Assembly (NCBI GenBank): GCA_965231215.1
Contig: OZ246423.1
Span: 576,001 to 640,000 of the forward strand
Source: Candidatus Altimarinota bacterium
GTDB lineage: Bacteria; Patescibacteriota; Gracilibacteria; UBA4473
DNA length: 64,000 nucleotides
Direction of reading: 5' to 3'
Below, piece after piece: positions 9,818 to 18,398 of this stretch. Within the stretch, counting starts at the first letter, position 1, and each line of letters begins with the position of its first letter. Both the position numbers and the translations under genes were made by a program. The notes beneath the pieces were generated by a model, which did not search any database, was not told where the DNA came from, and worked only from the letters and a program-made list of their open reading frames with translations.

Positions 9818-11068
9818 ATGTCTAAATTTCATCAAAACGTTCAAGCCGTCCGTCAAAATCTGAGAAATCTTTTCCCAGAAACTCCGCTGCAGTACAACCA
9901 CTTTTTATCCAAACGTTATAAGGCCAAAATTTATCTCAAACGTGAAGACCTGAGCCCTGTACGAAGTTACAAAATTAGGGGGGCTTTCAACCTGATCTCT
10001 TCAAGGCTGGAAAAAGGGACAAAAGACCAAAAATTTGTGTGTGCTTCAGCCGGAAATCACGCCCAAGGATTTGCCTTTGTCTGTCATCATTTTAAAGTGC
10101 CAGGAACGGTCTTTATGCCTATTACTACACCAGAACAAAAGATTAAAAAAACCAAAGTTTTTGGAGGGAAATACATAAGCATTGAACTCATTGGAGACAC
10201 TTTTGATGAAGCCTACAGTGCCGCACAAAAATTTTGTAACGCGCACAAAGCTTCAATGATTCCGCCCTTTGATCATCCTAAAATTATAGAAGGACAAGCC
10301 ACCGTTGCGGCCGAAATCATAGACCAAATACCAGAAAAACAGATAGATATACTCATCATGCCTGTTGGCGGTGGAGGGCTTTCGGCTGGATGTACTAAAT
10401 TTTTTAAAACTGAAAGTCCAAAAACCAAGCTTTTTTGCTGTGAACCACTCGAAGCCCCAAGTCTGTTTGAAAGCCTCAAGGCAAAAAAGAGAATAACACT
10501 AAAATCTATGAGTACTTTTGTGGATGGAGCCGCCGTAGCACTCGTTGGGGAACACAATTTCAAAATCCTGAAAGAACATATTAAAAACACAGTATTGCTC
10601 ATACCTGAAAACAGGCTTTGTGCGACACTCTTAGAATGCTTAAACCACGAAGGATTTGTACTAGAACCAGCTGGCGCTCTAGCCATAGACGCCCTAAAAA
10701 ACTTTAAACCAGCACAGCTCAAAGACAAAACTATCGTCTGTGTAGCCTCTGGTGGGAACTTTGATTTTGAGAGACTCCCAGAAGTAAAAGAAAGGGCTAT
10801 GCGATACACAGGAGTAAAAAAATACTTTATCCTACGCCTCCCCCAAAGACCTGGCGCTTTAAGAGAGTTTTTAAATATTCTCGGTCCAGATGACGATATT
10901 GCGCGGTTTGAATATCTCAAAAAATCAACCAACTTTGGCTCCGTTCTTTTAGGTATTGAGACCAGTAAACCAGAGAACTTTCAACAACTCTTAAAAAAAA
11001 TGGAACAGAAGGGATTTACCTTTCAAGATGTAACCGACGACGAACTTTTGGCAGGGTTTTTAATATAA
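9818..11068 (+). CDS. ilvA: Threonine ammonia-lyase (short form)
   Basis: KREDLSPVRSYKIRGA, CASAGNHAQG, VGGGGL, single C-terminal ACT domain PQRPGALREF. Confidence 0.95.
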   Translation: MSKFHQNVQAVRQNLRNLFPETPLQYNHFLSKRYKAKIYLKREDLSPVRSYKIRGAFNLISSRLEKGTKDQKFVCASAGNHAQGFAFVCHHFKVPGTVFMPITTPEQKIKKTKVFGGKYISIELIGDTFDEAYSAAQKFCNAHKASMIPPFDHPKIIEGQATVAAEIIDQIPEKQIDILIMPVGGGGLSAGCTKFFKTESPKTKLFCCEPLEAPSLFESLKAKKRITLKSMSTFVDGAAVALVGEHNFKILKEHIKNTVLLIPENRLCATLLECLNHEGFVLEPAGALAIDALKNFKPAQLKDKTIVCVASGGNFDFERLPEVKERAMRYTGVKKYFILRLPQRPGALREFLNILGPDDDIARFEYLKKSTNFGSVLLGIETSKPENFQQLLKKMEQKGFTFQDVTDDELLAGFLI

Positions 11069-11209
11069 ATGTGTCACAAAAATGAACTTTCTGAGTTCCT
11101 TCTTAAAAGAGAAAAGTTTAAAAATCCCTATTTTATGGGACAAAAGTTTGACAAGAGGCCTTAATTTTTACAAAATTTTCTCGAACAATTCTTAACCCAC
11201 AAAGGAATC

Positions 11210-11638
11210 ATGAAAAAAACTGTTCTAATGGCGGCTTTGCTTGCAGCCCCAACTATTACTTTTGCAGGCGGTGGAGGTCACATGGGATACCAAGATATGA
11301 TGGACCGAGCCATGAATCATTCTAACGTAGCTCCAGCTGCAGCTAATGAATTTGGAAGCTCTGAAGATCCAGCTAGTATCGTTGAATCTCGACAAATAAG
11401 CGGATCTGAAAACGAAAACTACGTTCGATACAGCTTCTCTTTCATCCCCCAAAGTTACTGGGAAGAAGTTTCAGGATATGATCTTAGCGACGTAAACGGT
11501 CTAATTGAACTCGAAGAATATCTAGGAGAAACTCGACGTGAAGTATTCACTCCAGGAGAAGACCTCAACCGTGAAGATGATCGTCAAGAACGAGCTAAAA
11601 ACAAAGCTCTCAGACTGAGATCTATTACTGGAAACTAA
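11210..11638 (+). CDS. Secreted hypothetical protein
   Basis: Signal peptide MKKTVLMAALLAAPTITFA; TTGACA upstream and terminator downstream. Confidence 0.75.
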   Translation: MKKTVLMAALLAAPTITFAGGGGHMGYQDMMDRAMNHSNVAPAAANEFGSSEDPASIVESRQISGSENENYVRYSFSFIPQSYWEEVSGYDLSDVNGLIELEEYLGETRREVFTPGEDLNREDDRQERAKNKALRLRSITGN

Positions 11639-11660
11639 TTTTAGAATTTTTATTCCACGC

Positions 11661-11690
11661 AAAAAAGTCCGGCTCTGTGCCGGCTTTTTT
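11661..11690. terminator. Intrinsic terminator (bidirectional)
   Basis: AAAAAAGTCCGGC-tctgt-GCCGGCTTTTTT between convergent genes. Confidence 0.75.
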
Positions 11691-11877
11691 GTATTTAGAG
11701 ATCTAAACAAAGTTTATTGGTTCTCCGGCTAAGCTGCTCCCGCTCTTCAATGCTCCAAAATTCATACGATTTCAAATTGCCCCTTAACAAAGGGTTCTGG
11801 TCTGGCTGCTCAATGCCCATCTAATTTTAAAACAGGCCCATTAGACGAGGTTGCTAAGGCACATTTGAAGCTCTATA

Positions 11878-13149
11878 TTAACTTTCTTTACGTCGTACCT
11901 GAGGACGATCTAATTGCCAATTTACGAGCTTTTGCTGTCCAATACCAAACACCGTAGAAGTTAGCCAGTAAATCCCTACAGCGGCCGGGAAAGTAGCTGT
12001 AAACACGGCAATCATAACCGGCAATACCCACAGCATCATCTTTTGCATCTGTTCCATTTGCTCCATCATGCTTGGAGCTTTATCTTTTTTGTCTTTCTTT
12101 TTCTTTGGTACGTCTGATTTTTTAGCCGCCATCATAGAAAGCTTTATCGCTGCAAATTGAGCCACCCCCACCAACACCGGAAGCACATAAAGATTTGGAA
12201 CTTCTAGATTTAATCCAAAAAACTCCGTATCCACCGTAGAAAGATCAAAACCTTGTTGAAAAGAGTACAGCAAGAAATTTAGATGCGGAGACATCCCATC
12301 CTTCACCACTAAGTAAAGGCCAATCAAAAATGGCATTTGAGCCAACATAGGAAGACAAGAGCTCATAGGACTTACTTTTTGAGCTTTATAGAACTCCATA
12401 GTCTTGAGCGCCAACATTTGCTGATTTTTTTCATATTTCTTACGCAAGGCTTCTACCTGAGGTTGCAACTTTTGTAATTTCCTTTGAGATCCCATAGCTT
12501 TTTGATTTGGGAAAAACAAAATAACTCGAACGATAAGCGTTAAAAGCACCACCGCCCACCCAAGAGGATGCCCAGGCAAGACGTTGATTAAAGCTACAAG
12601 TGAATTAAACAAAGGTTCGGTCACTAAAAACCTAAAAAGCTTTCTAAAAAAGCCCGGCCCTGAAAGTTCAAAGTTATCTGTTTCTACCAGCAAAGTTTCA
12701 TCGGTTCCCGACGCTTTTAGCTTTAACCCTATTTTGTAGCTTCCTGGTTCACCAAATACCGAATAATTAAAAGAAGGAAAGTTTAAATAGTGTTTGGTCT
12801 GAGGCGGTAGTTCAAAACTTTTAAGCACGGCTCTATCTTTCCCTGTACATCCAGGAATATCCATGGGCAGACTTTGCCCTCCTAAAACGCCCGAAACCTT
12901 AAAAGAATCAGGATTATCACAGACCGATTCCCACGTGAAAGTTTTATTCGTGAAGTTAGCTAACTCTAGCTGCATTAAGCGTCCTACCACTGGAGTATCA
13001 TCCAACAATTTAAGCTGAACTTCATTTATTTCGGTCTGCGCTTTTTCTTTCTCCCCTGTAAAGTAAGAGTATCCCCAGAAAGCAAGATAGAAAACCGCAA
13101 ACCAGACAAGAAAACTTTTTAAAAATTCGAGTGTTTTTTTACTATCCAT
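11878..13149 (-). CDS. yidC: Membrane protein insertase YidC
   Basis: GWAVVLLTLIVR, KLQPQVEALRKKY, SCLPMLAQMP, GIYWLTSTVFGIGQQ; next to rnpA. Confidence 0.93.
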   Translation of the reverse strand: MDSKKTLEFLKSFLVWFAVFYLAFWGYSYFTGEKEKAQTEINEVQLKLLDDTPVVGRLMQLELANFTNKTFTWESVCDNPDSFKVSGVLGGQSLPMDIPGCTGKDRAVLKSFELPPQTKHYLNFPSFNYSVFGEPGSYKIGLKLKASGTDETLLVETDNFELSGPGFFRKLFRFLVTEPLFNSLVALINVLPGHPLGWAVVLLTLIVRVILFFPNQKAMGSQRKLQKLQPQVEALRKKYEKNQQMLALKTMEFYKAQKVSPMSSCLPMLAQMPFLIGLYLVVKDGMSPHLNFLLYSFQQGFDLSTVDTEFFGLNLEVPNLYVLPVLVGVAQFAAIKLSMMAAKKSDVPKKKKDKKDKAPSMMEQMEQMQKMMLWVLPVMIAVFTATFPAAVGIYWLTSTVFGIGQQKLVNWQLDRPQVRRKES

Positions 13150-13153
13150 AAGC

Positions 13154-13495
13154 TTAAGCTTTAGTTTTTTGAGCTATAAATTGAAGAAATTTAGCAGAAG
13201 CCACTTCAATACCTGTGATATTTTTAGGAATTGCTTGTCCCTTGTAAAGACAAATACAAAAAATAGGATCAGCCAGCCCAATAATTTGTGATCCAAGTCT
13301 ATCATAGACCTCTCTACGAAAACCATTACGCTTTACCGCACTTTTCTCTACTTTTTTACTAATTACTACCGCTAACTTAGAATTGACTTTCCCAGGCGCA
13401 TATAAAAAGATAAAGTCTCCAGCCTTAAATTTTTTCATTTTTTTCCGGATTGAATCAAATTCTCTACGAGTAAATCGGTATTTTTTAGCAATCAT
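13154..13495 (-). CDS. rnpA: Ribonuclease P protein component
   Basis: VVISKKVEKSAVKRNGFRR (RNR-type motif); synteny with rpmH and yidC. Confidence 0.9.
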   Translation of the reverse strand: MIAKKYRFTRREFDSIRKKMKKFKAGDFIFLYAPGKVNSKLAVVISKKVEKSAVKRNGFRREVYDRLGSQIIGLADPIFCICLYKGQAIPKNITGIEVASAKFLQFIAQKTKA

Positions 13496-13572
13496 TTGGT
13501 GAAAGTATACCTAAAAAAACAAAAAGCCGCCCCTTCGGGGACAGCTCTTCTATAAAAAATAGTTGGAACAAA

Positions 13573-13725
13573 CTATTTCCAAGAATTTTCTTTAGATTCA
13601 ACACTAAGCTGAGCTCTTCCCTTGGCTCTGCGTCGAGCAATAACAGCTCTTCCGCTTTTAGTAGCCATTCGAGCTCTAAACCCGTGAGTTCTTAATCGTT
13701 TCCGCCATCTTCTTTTTGCAAGCAT
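13573..13725 (-). CDS. rpmH: 50S ribosomal protein L34 (50 aa; absent from the ORF track)
   Basis: Translates to [50 protein letters not shown]; HGFRARM...RRRAKGR is the L34 signature. Confidence 0.95.
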   Translation of the reverse strand: MLAKRRWRKRLRTHGFRARMATKSGRAVIARRRAKGRAQLSVESKENSWK

Positions 13726-13875
13726 GATTTAGTCGAAAAAATGCCGCGCGAATGTATTTAAATTTCAAAGCCTTGTCAACAAAATAAATCGTAGAGGACT
13801 CTTTGCTCTGAAAAGTATTTCAAAAAAAATTTACAGCTGACAAAGAAATTTAAAGTTTTTGGAGCTTTTTACTTT

Positions 13876-14520
13876 TTAATCAAAAGAACGCTCTAGCACA
13901 TCAAACGCCAATTGAATATCAACCTTATCGATATAAATGGTAAACTCCGAATAGGTCGAAGCTGCCTCAATAACATTAATATTCTGCAAGGCCAAAGCGC
14001 GCAATACGGAGTACAAAAACCCGGCCTGGGTCGCATAGCTCTTTGGATACTTAATAACCAGCGCTGCAATAGTGTCATTCTCATATTTAGGAAGTTCTTT
14101 TATATATTTCCCAAGCAGCTCTCTCCCTAACCGTTGCTCAAACACAATCGTGTATTCATTCATGCCTTCCATAAACCCAAAGTAACCATTCCGCTCTCTG
14201 ATAGCCTGATGAAAGGCATCTATTTCTTTCTCTGTGTTATCGTTTTTATAAAACGTCATCGTCACCAAATTCGACTGTATAGTGATATTTTCGATCACCA
14301 TTTCTTGAAATTTTTTCCTTTTAAACTGTCTTTGCCGCTGTAATCGAGACAGATTCATTAAAATAGCCGATGATTTGACCGGTTTTTGCAACCTGACTTC
14401 TACCATAGGCTGTAAAAACTTGGCTAACTGACTCAAATTAAAAAGCCCATTCCCAAGCCCAAAGCTTAAATGAGTATTTTCAGAAACAATCTCCTTAACA
14501 ACTTCTGATATTTTAATCAT
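13876..14520 (-). CDS. ACT-domain protein with helical N-terminus (putative amino-acid-responsive regulator)
   Basis: GLFNLSQLAKFL N-terminus; C-terminal ACT GFLYSVLRALALQNINVIEAASTYSEFTI. Confidence 0.75.
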   Translation of the reverse strand: MIKISEVVKEIVSENTHLSFGLGNGLFNLSQLAKFLQPMVEVRLQKPVKSSAILMNLSRLQRQRQFKRKKFQEMVIENITIQSNLVTMTFYKNDNTEKEIDAFHQAIRERNGYFGFMEGMNEYTIVFEQRLGRELLGKYIKELPKYENDTIAALVIKYPKSYATQAGFLYSVLRALALQNINVIEAASTYSEFTIYIDKVDIQLAFDVLERSFD

Positions 14521-14744
14521 GGTTCAACGCATAAAAACATGCAAAAAGTATATTAAAAACAAAAAATTAACAAAAAAGTTTAAATAATTAATAAAATTAA
14601 GATTTTAATTATAAATATAACGAAACAAGGCCAAAGGCCTCAAAAACATAAATTAACGCACTTTTTCATACTTTTTTCTATCCAAATTTCAAAACCTTAA
14701 AAAAGGGGATATAAAGGTAAACAGTACTCATTAATTTCCTAAAA

Positions 14745-14930
14745 ATGGCTCAAACCACAAAAGCTCCACCAAATGCCACGGAAACCAGTCGAGAAATTCT
14801 AAGATACTATGAATTACTCGAAGTAGAGTTAGAAAAAAAAGGGTTGGAAGTTCCAAGCATTCCGCTGTGCCCCCCTGGTCAGCTCCTTTTAAAGCTTCAG
14901 GGAATGCTCCACGAACTCAAAAGCGTTTAA
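14745..14930 (+). CDS. Hypothetical 61-aa protein
   Basis: ATG ORF upstream of holB-like gene; no family recognised. Confidence 0.5.
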   Translation: MAQTTKAPPNATETSREILRYYELLEVELEKKGLEVPSIPLCPPGQLLLKLQGMLHELKSV

Positions 14931-14961
14931 CGGCTTCACAAAAACAAAAATCAACGCTAAG

Positions 14962-15705
14962 ATGCGGCCACTTATGTGGCCACACAAAATCGAACATTGG
15001 CTCAAAAATCAAAGTCTTCCACAAAGACTCATACTCTCTGGCGGAAGGGGAGTTTTTGATATGGCTATCAATATGGCTGCGGAGTTAAATCAAACCCAAA
15101 AAGAAAAGATTGAAGCCGGCATAGAAGCCGACATTTTATGCTTAAAAGATAACGGTGAGAGTTTTCGCATAGGCCAAGAACAAAACCCAGAACCAAACAG
15201 TGCCAGAGGATTAATAGAATGGGCCAATAAAACCCCGGTAGCCGCCTACCGAATTGTTATTTTAGAAAACTTTGAAAGGGCTTCCCGGGAAGCTCCTCAA
15301 ACCCTCCTTAAAACCCTCGAAGAGCCACCGCCAAAAGCTGTTTTTGTTTTTACTACCCACAACCATCATCAAATCCTGCCCACGATTCTTTCACGAATGA
15401 CAACCGTAGTAATTCCCACCAATTTTGATGAATTTAGTCTTATCCCAGAGGTAAAAATATTTTTAGAAAGTCATGATTTAATGAAAAAATTTCATATTAT
15501 TGAGGCCCTCGACAAAGCCGTTAAAAAAAACAAGAACAAGAAAGAGCTTCTTGATTTTTTAGAAAATTTGATCCTCCATGCTCGCTATTTTCCTCAATAC
15601 CAAGGGGCACTAGAAGCCATATTCCAAGCCCAAAAGGATGTACTCAACAACCTAAACCCACGCCTTACACTAGAACACCTTGCTTTAAACCTAAACCAGA
15701 GGTAG
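14962..15705 (+). CDS. holB: DNA polymerase III delta' (HolB)-like, shortened
   Basis: IVILENFERASREAPQTLLKTLEEPP...ILPTILSR; adjacent to ricT as in Bacillota. Confidence 0.8.
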   Translation: MRPLMWPHKIEHWLKNQSLPQRLILSGGRGVFDMAINMAAELNQTQKEKIEAGIEADILCLKDNGESFRIGQEQNPEPNSARGLIEWANKTPVAAYRIVILENFERASREAPQTLLKTLEEPPPKAVFVFTTHNHHQILPTILSRMTTVVIPTNFDEFSLIPEVKIFLESHDLMKKFHIIEALDKAVKKNKNKKELLDFLENLILHARYFPQYQGALEAIFQAQKDVLNNLNPRLTLEHLALNLNQR

Positions 15706-15720
15706 AGTGAAAACTGAAAA

Positions 15721-16590
15721 ATGGAAATTATTCAAGTAAGAGACCTTTTACGATATAAAGTTCTAACAGTTCCAGCCCCAGAGGCAACAGAGCTTGGCTT
15801 TAAGCAATCTATACTTTTAAAAGGCAAAAGAGAATCTGTTGTAGCCGAAGTTGTAGGCCTGGCCAGGAAACTACCGGGAGCCAAGGTTGATGAAGAATTT
15901 AAATTTGAAAAAGTACTCACTTTGAAAGACATTGAAAGCTATAAAAAATCTCAAACAGGGGAAGAAAAACGTCTCCAAGGAGCCCAAAAAGAAGCCGATA
16001 AATTAGGTTTAAATATGTACTTTTTTGCTTCTCAAATTGGGTGGCAGGGGAAGGTAGTTTCTTTTCTTTTTACGTCAGAAAATCCGGTAGATTTTAGAGA
16101 TCTACTCAAAGAATTAACCAAAATAACTACCGGCAGGATACACCTTCAAAGAGTAGATCCTCGTGATCGAGCCGACATTATTGGTGGGCCACGATGCTGT
16201 GGCCGCCCAGAGTGCTGTGATATTCACATATCGCATAAAAAGATTTCACTAGACGCCGTACGAGACCAGGGAATTATGATTAAAAATAATTCCAAAATTT
16301 ATGATGTAAGTGGCAAACTAAAACGCTGCCTGCTCCATGAAGTAGATCTCTATAAAAAGTACCGAAAATTCCTTCCACATCTTAAACAAGAAGTAACGAT
16401 TGAAGGCAAAAAGGCTCGAGTGACAGGTTTAGATATTCTTAACGGAAACGTAAAAGTAGTTTTTGCTGATACTGATGTTGTAGAAAATGTTCCCGTGGAG
16501 TTAGTTGAATATCCAAACAAGCAAGCCTTCCCTCGTGAACCATTAAAAATTGAAATGCCTGAAATAGATATTGAAGGGGTAGGAATATAA
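15721..16590 (+). CDS. ricT: PSP1/RicT (YaaT) family protein
   Basis: FLFTSENPVDFRDLLKEL, GGPRCCGRPECC, SGKLKRCLLHE. Confidence 0.85.
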   Translation: MEIIQVRDLLRYKVLTVPAPEATELGFKQSILLKGKRESVVAEVVGLARKLPGAKVDEEFKFEKVLTLKDIESYKKSQTGEEKRLQGAQKEADKLGLNMYFFASQIGWQGKVVSFLFTSENPVDFRDLLKELTKITTGRIHLQRVDPRDRADIIGGPRCCGRPECCDIHISHKKISLDAVRDQGIMIKNNSKIYDVSGKLKRCLLHEVDLYKKYRKFLPHLKQEVTIEGKKARVTGLDILNGNVKVVFADTDVVENVPVELVEYPNKQAFPREPLKIEMPEIDIEGVGI

Positions 16591-16591
16591 T

Positions 16592-17197
16592 TTAAAGAGC
16601 CGAACGCGACACAAACAAAACCAGCATCCCCATACCACACAATACCCAAAAGGCCGTCATTTTAGGTTTGTGGATCCAATCTCTTTCAAGTTTTTTTTGC
16701 AAAAGTTTTTCTACCTCTCCAACTTTAATCTGAGGATTCTGTTTAAAAGCTAAGGCAATTTCAGAAAAATTAATCCGGCTCAACATCATCCGTGCCACCA
16801 ATGGCAGTTCTTTAAACAGGTGATTACTTTTGACCTTTTTATGCGCTAAAACCACTTCACGATGATCACACAATTTTTGCGCACAAAAATGAGTTATAGG
16901 CTCTTTGTAGTGATCATAAATACTATAAAAAGCCCGTGAAAACGCATAATCTTTCCCAAACCAAAAAAATAAAAACGGCAATATAACCAAGAAAAACAAA
17001 ACCAATCCCAAAACAATAACGCATTTAAGAGCCGCTTCACTCTCCAGCCCACACAACCCAAATTTGGGTAGTAAAAAGAGCACAATCCCCCAAGAAAAAA
17101 ATATACCTCCCACAACAAATATAAGCGTTCTGGTAATTACCCCTGTCACTACTTGAGAGGTGATTTCAAAAAAATTTAGAGATTCTTTTTTTTTCAT
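16592..17197 (-). CDS. Hypothetical membrane protein
   Basis: Three hydrophobic segments; ATGA overlap with the upstream ORF. Confidence 0.7.
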   Translation of the reverse strand: MKKKESLNFFEITSQVVTGVITRTLIFVVGGIFFSWGIVLFLLPKFGLCGLESEAALKCVIVLGLVLFFLVILPFLFFWFGKDYAFSRAFYSIYDHYKEPITHFCAQKLCDHREVVLAHKKVKSNHLFKELPLVARMMLSRINFSEIALAFKQNPQIKVGEVEKLLQKKLERDWIHKPKMTAFWVLCGMGMLVLFVSRSAL

Positions 17198-17406
17198 GAT
17201 TTAAGATCATATTTTAAATCTTTTGGATCATCAACCTCTATAACTCGCCAAATACCATCTGCACAAAGCTTGGCTTCGAGCAAAAGCCCTTTGTCTATTG
17301 CCGGAATATTAGATTTTGTTTGACGAGGTTCGTCTGGAGCCTCTCCAGAAATATGATCTGGAGGGAACCTATCAAAAAAAACAAAACGAGCAGATTCAAA
17401 GTTCAT
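17194..17406 (-). CDS. Hypothetical 70-aa protein
   Basis: Operonic position, TGA/ATG overlap. Confidence 0.55.
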   Translation of the reverse strand: MNFESARFVFFDRFPPDHISGEAPDEPRQTKSNIPAIDKGLLLEAKLCADGIWRVIEVDDPKDLKYDLKS

Positions 17407-17424
17407 TACATAAATTCTAAATGA

Positions 17425-18174
17425 TTATTCAACCATTTCCCACATAAGTTCAAACATTTCTTTGTACATCGCAATAACAGCTGGATTTTCTATCACAAAA
17501 ACTACCTCAGGTGTGCCTGTCTGGTGAATAAACATAAAACGAGTAGAGATAAGTTTAATCGCTTTAAAGGTTCTTTTGGTAGGTAGTATTTTGACAGACG
17601 TTTTATAACTTTCTTGGTTCTTTTGGTATTCCCGAGCCATCGGACAATCAAAAAAAATCGACCGCCCCTCACGCATTACCTCTCTCCGGCGAATTGGCCA
17701 TTTTGCAAAAAAATCAGGATCTGTGTTATACCAATCCTCTAAGTTACCAAAAACTAAATAATCATCAGAAGGTTTAAGCTGATCCAACATCCACTCGTAT
17801 GCGCTGTACATAGCTTCTTTTCCACGATATACACGAATCAAACTCTGCGTAGCATGACTTCCATGGAGCGCTTCCAATTCTGGCAAACAGACCTCCAATT
17901 CCTGTCTTTGCCGAGCCAAATGCTGTTCTAGATTTTTGGGAGGCAGGGCTTCATACAGTTTTTTAAATCCATGAATCTGGATATTCATGAGTCCCTTTTG
18001 CTCTAGATGTTCGATCACCGTATAAATCGTAGAGCGTTTTATTTCCGAAACTCGAGACAACTGCAAAACCGTACAAGGTCCCAACTCCAAAGCGGTTAAA
18101 TAAATGTCTGACTCTTTATCAGATAGACCTATTATTTTGAGCTTATTTTTGAGGTCTTTTTTGATATATTTCAT
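17425..18174 (-). CDS. TrmB-family (wHTH) transcriptional regulator
   Basis: GLSDKESDIYLTALELG...IKRSTIYTVIEHLEQKGL; C-terminal effector domain. Confidence 0.9.
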   Translation of the reverse strand: MKYIKKDLKNKLKIIGLSDKESDIYLTALELGPCTVLQLSRVSEIKRSTIYTVIEHLEQKGLMNIQIHGFKKLYEALPPKNLEQHLARQRQELEVCLPELEALHGSHATQSLIRVYRGKEAMYSAYEWMLDQLKPSDDYLVFGNLEDWYNTDPDFFAKWPIRRREVMREGRSIFFDCPMAREYQKNQESYKTSVKILPTKRTFKAIKLISTRFMFIHQTGTPEVVFVIENPAVIAMYKEMFELMWEMVE

Positions 18175-18295
18175 TTTTTGTCGAAATTCTTGACAACAAA
18201 ATTATATCAAAAACAAAAGCAAAAAGCGATTATTTAAAGTTTTTAAAAACTTTTTTCATAAATTTTGACAAAAATATTTAAATATGGTTATCAAG

Positions 18296-18394
18296 CGGAA
18301 GGTTTTTAGAGTCCGGACTTCTAGAAATCAATGCGCTAAACAAAATTTCATCCTCCTCGTAAAAACCTGAGAAGTCCGGACTCTTAAACCTCCG
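18296..18394. repeat. Inverted-repeat element (REPIN-like) built from two AGTCCGGACT palindromes
   Basis: CGGAAGGTTTTTAGAGTCCGGACTTCT (18296-18322) ... AGAAGTCCGGACTCTTAAACCTCCG (18370-18394). Confidence 0.8.
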
Positions 18395-18398
18395 ACAA

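Noticed and set aside
14521-14744. oriC near rpmH (very AT-rich gap)
   Set aside because: No TTATCCACA DnaA-box cluster seen and no dnaA
18284-18370. uORF MVIKRKVFRVRTSRNQCAKQNFILLVKT upstream of the cysteine-synthase-like gene
   Set aside because: Only one Cys codon, no terminator, and it is explained by reading through the repeat element
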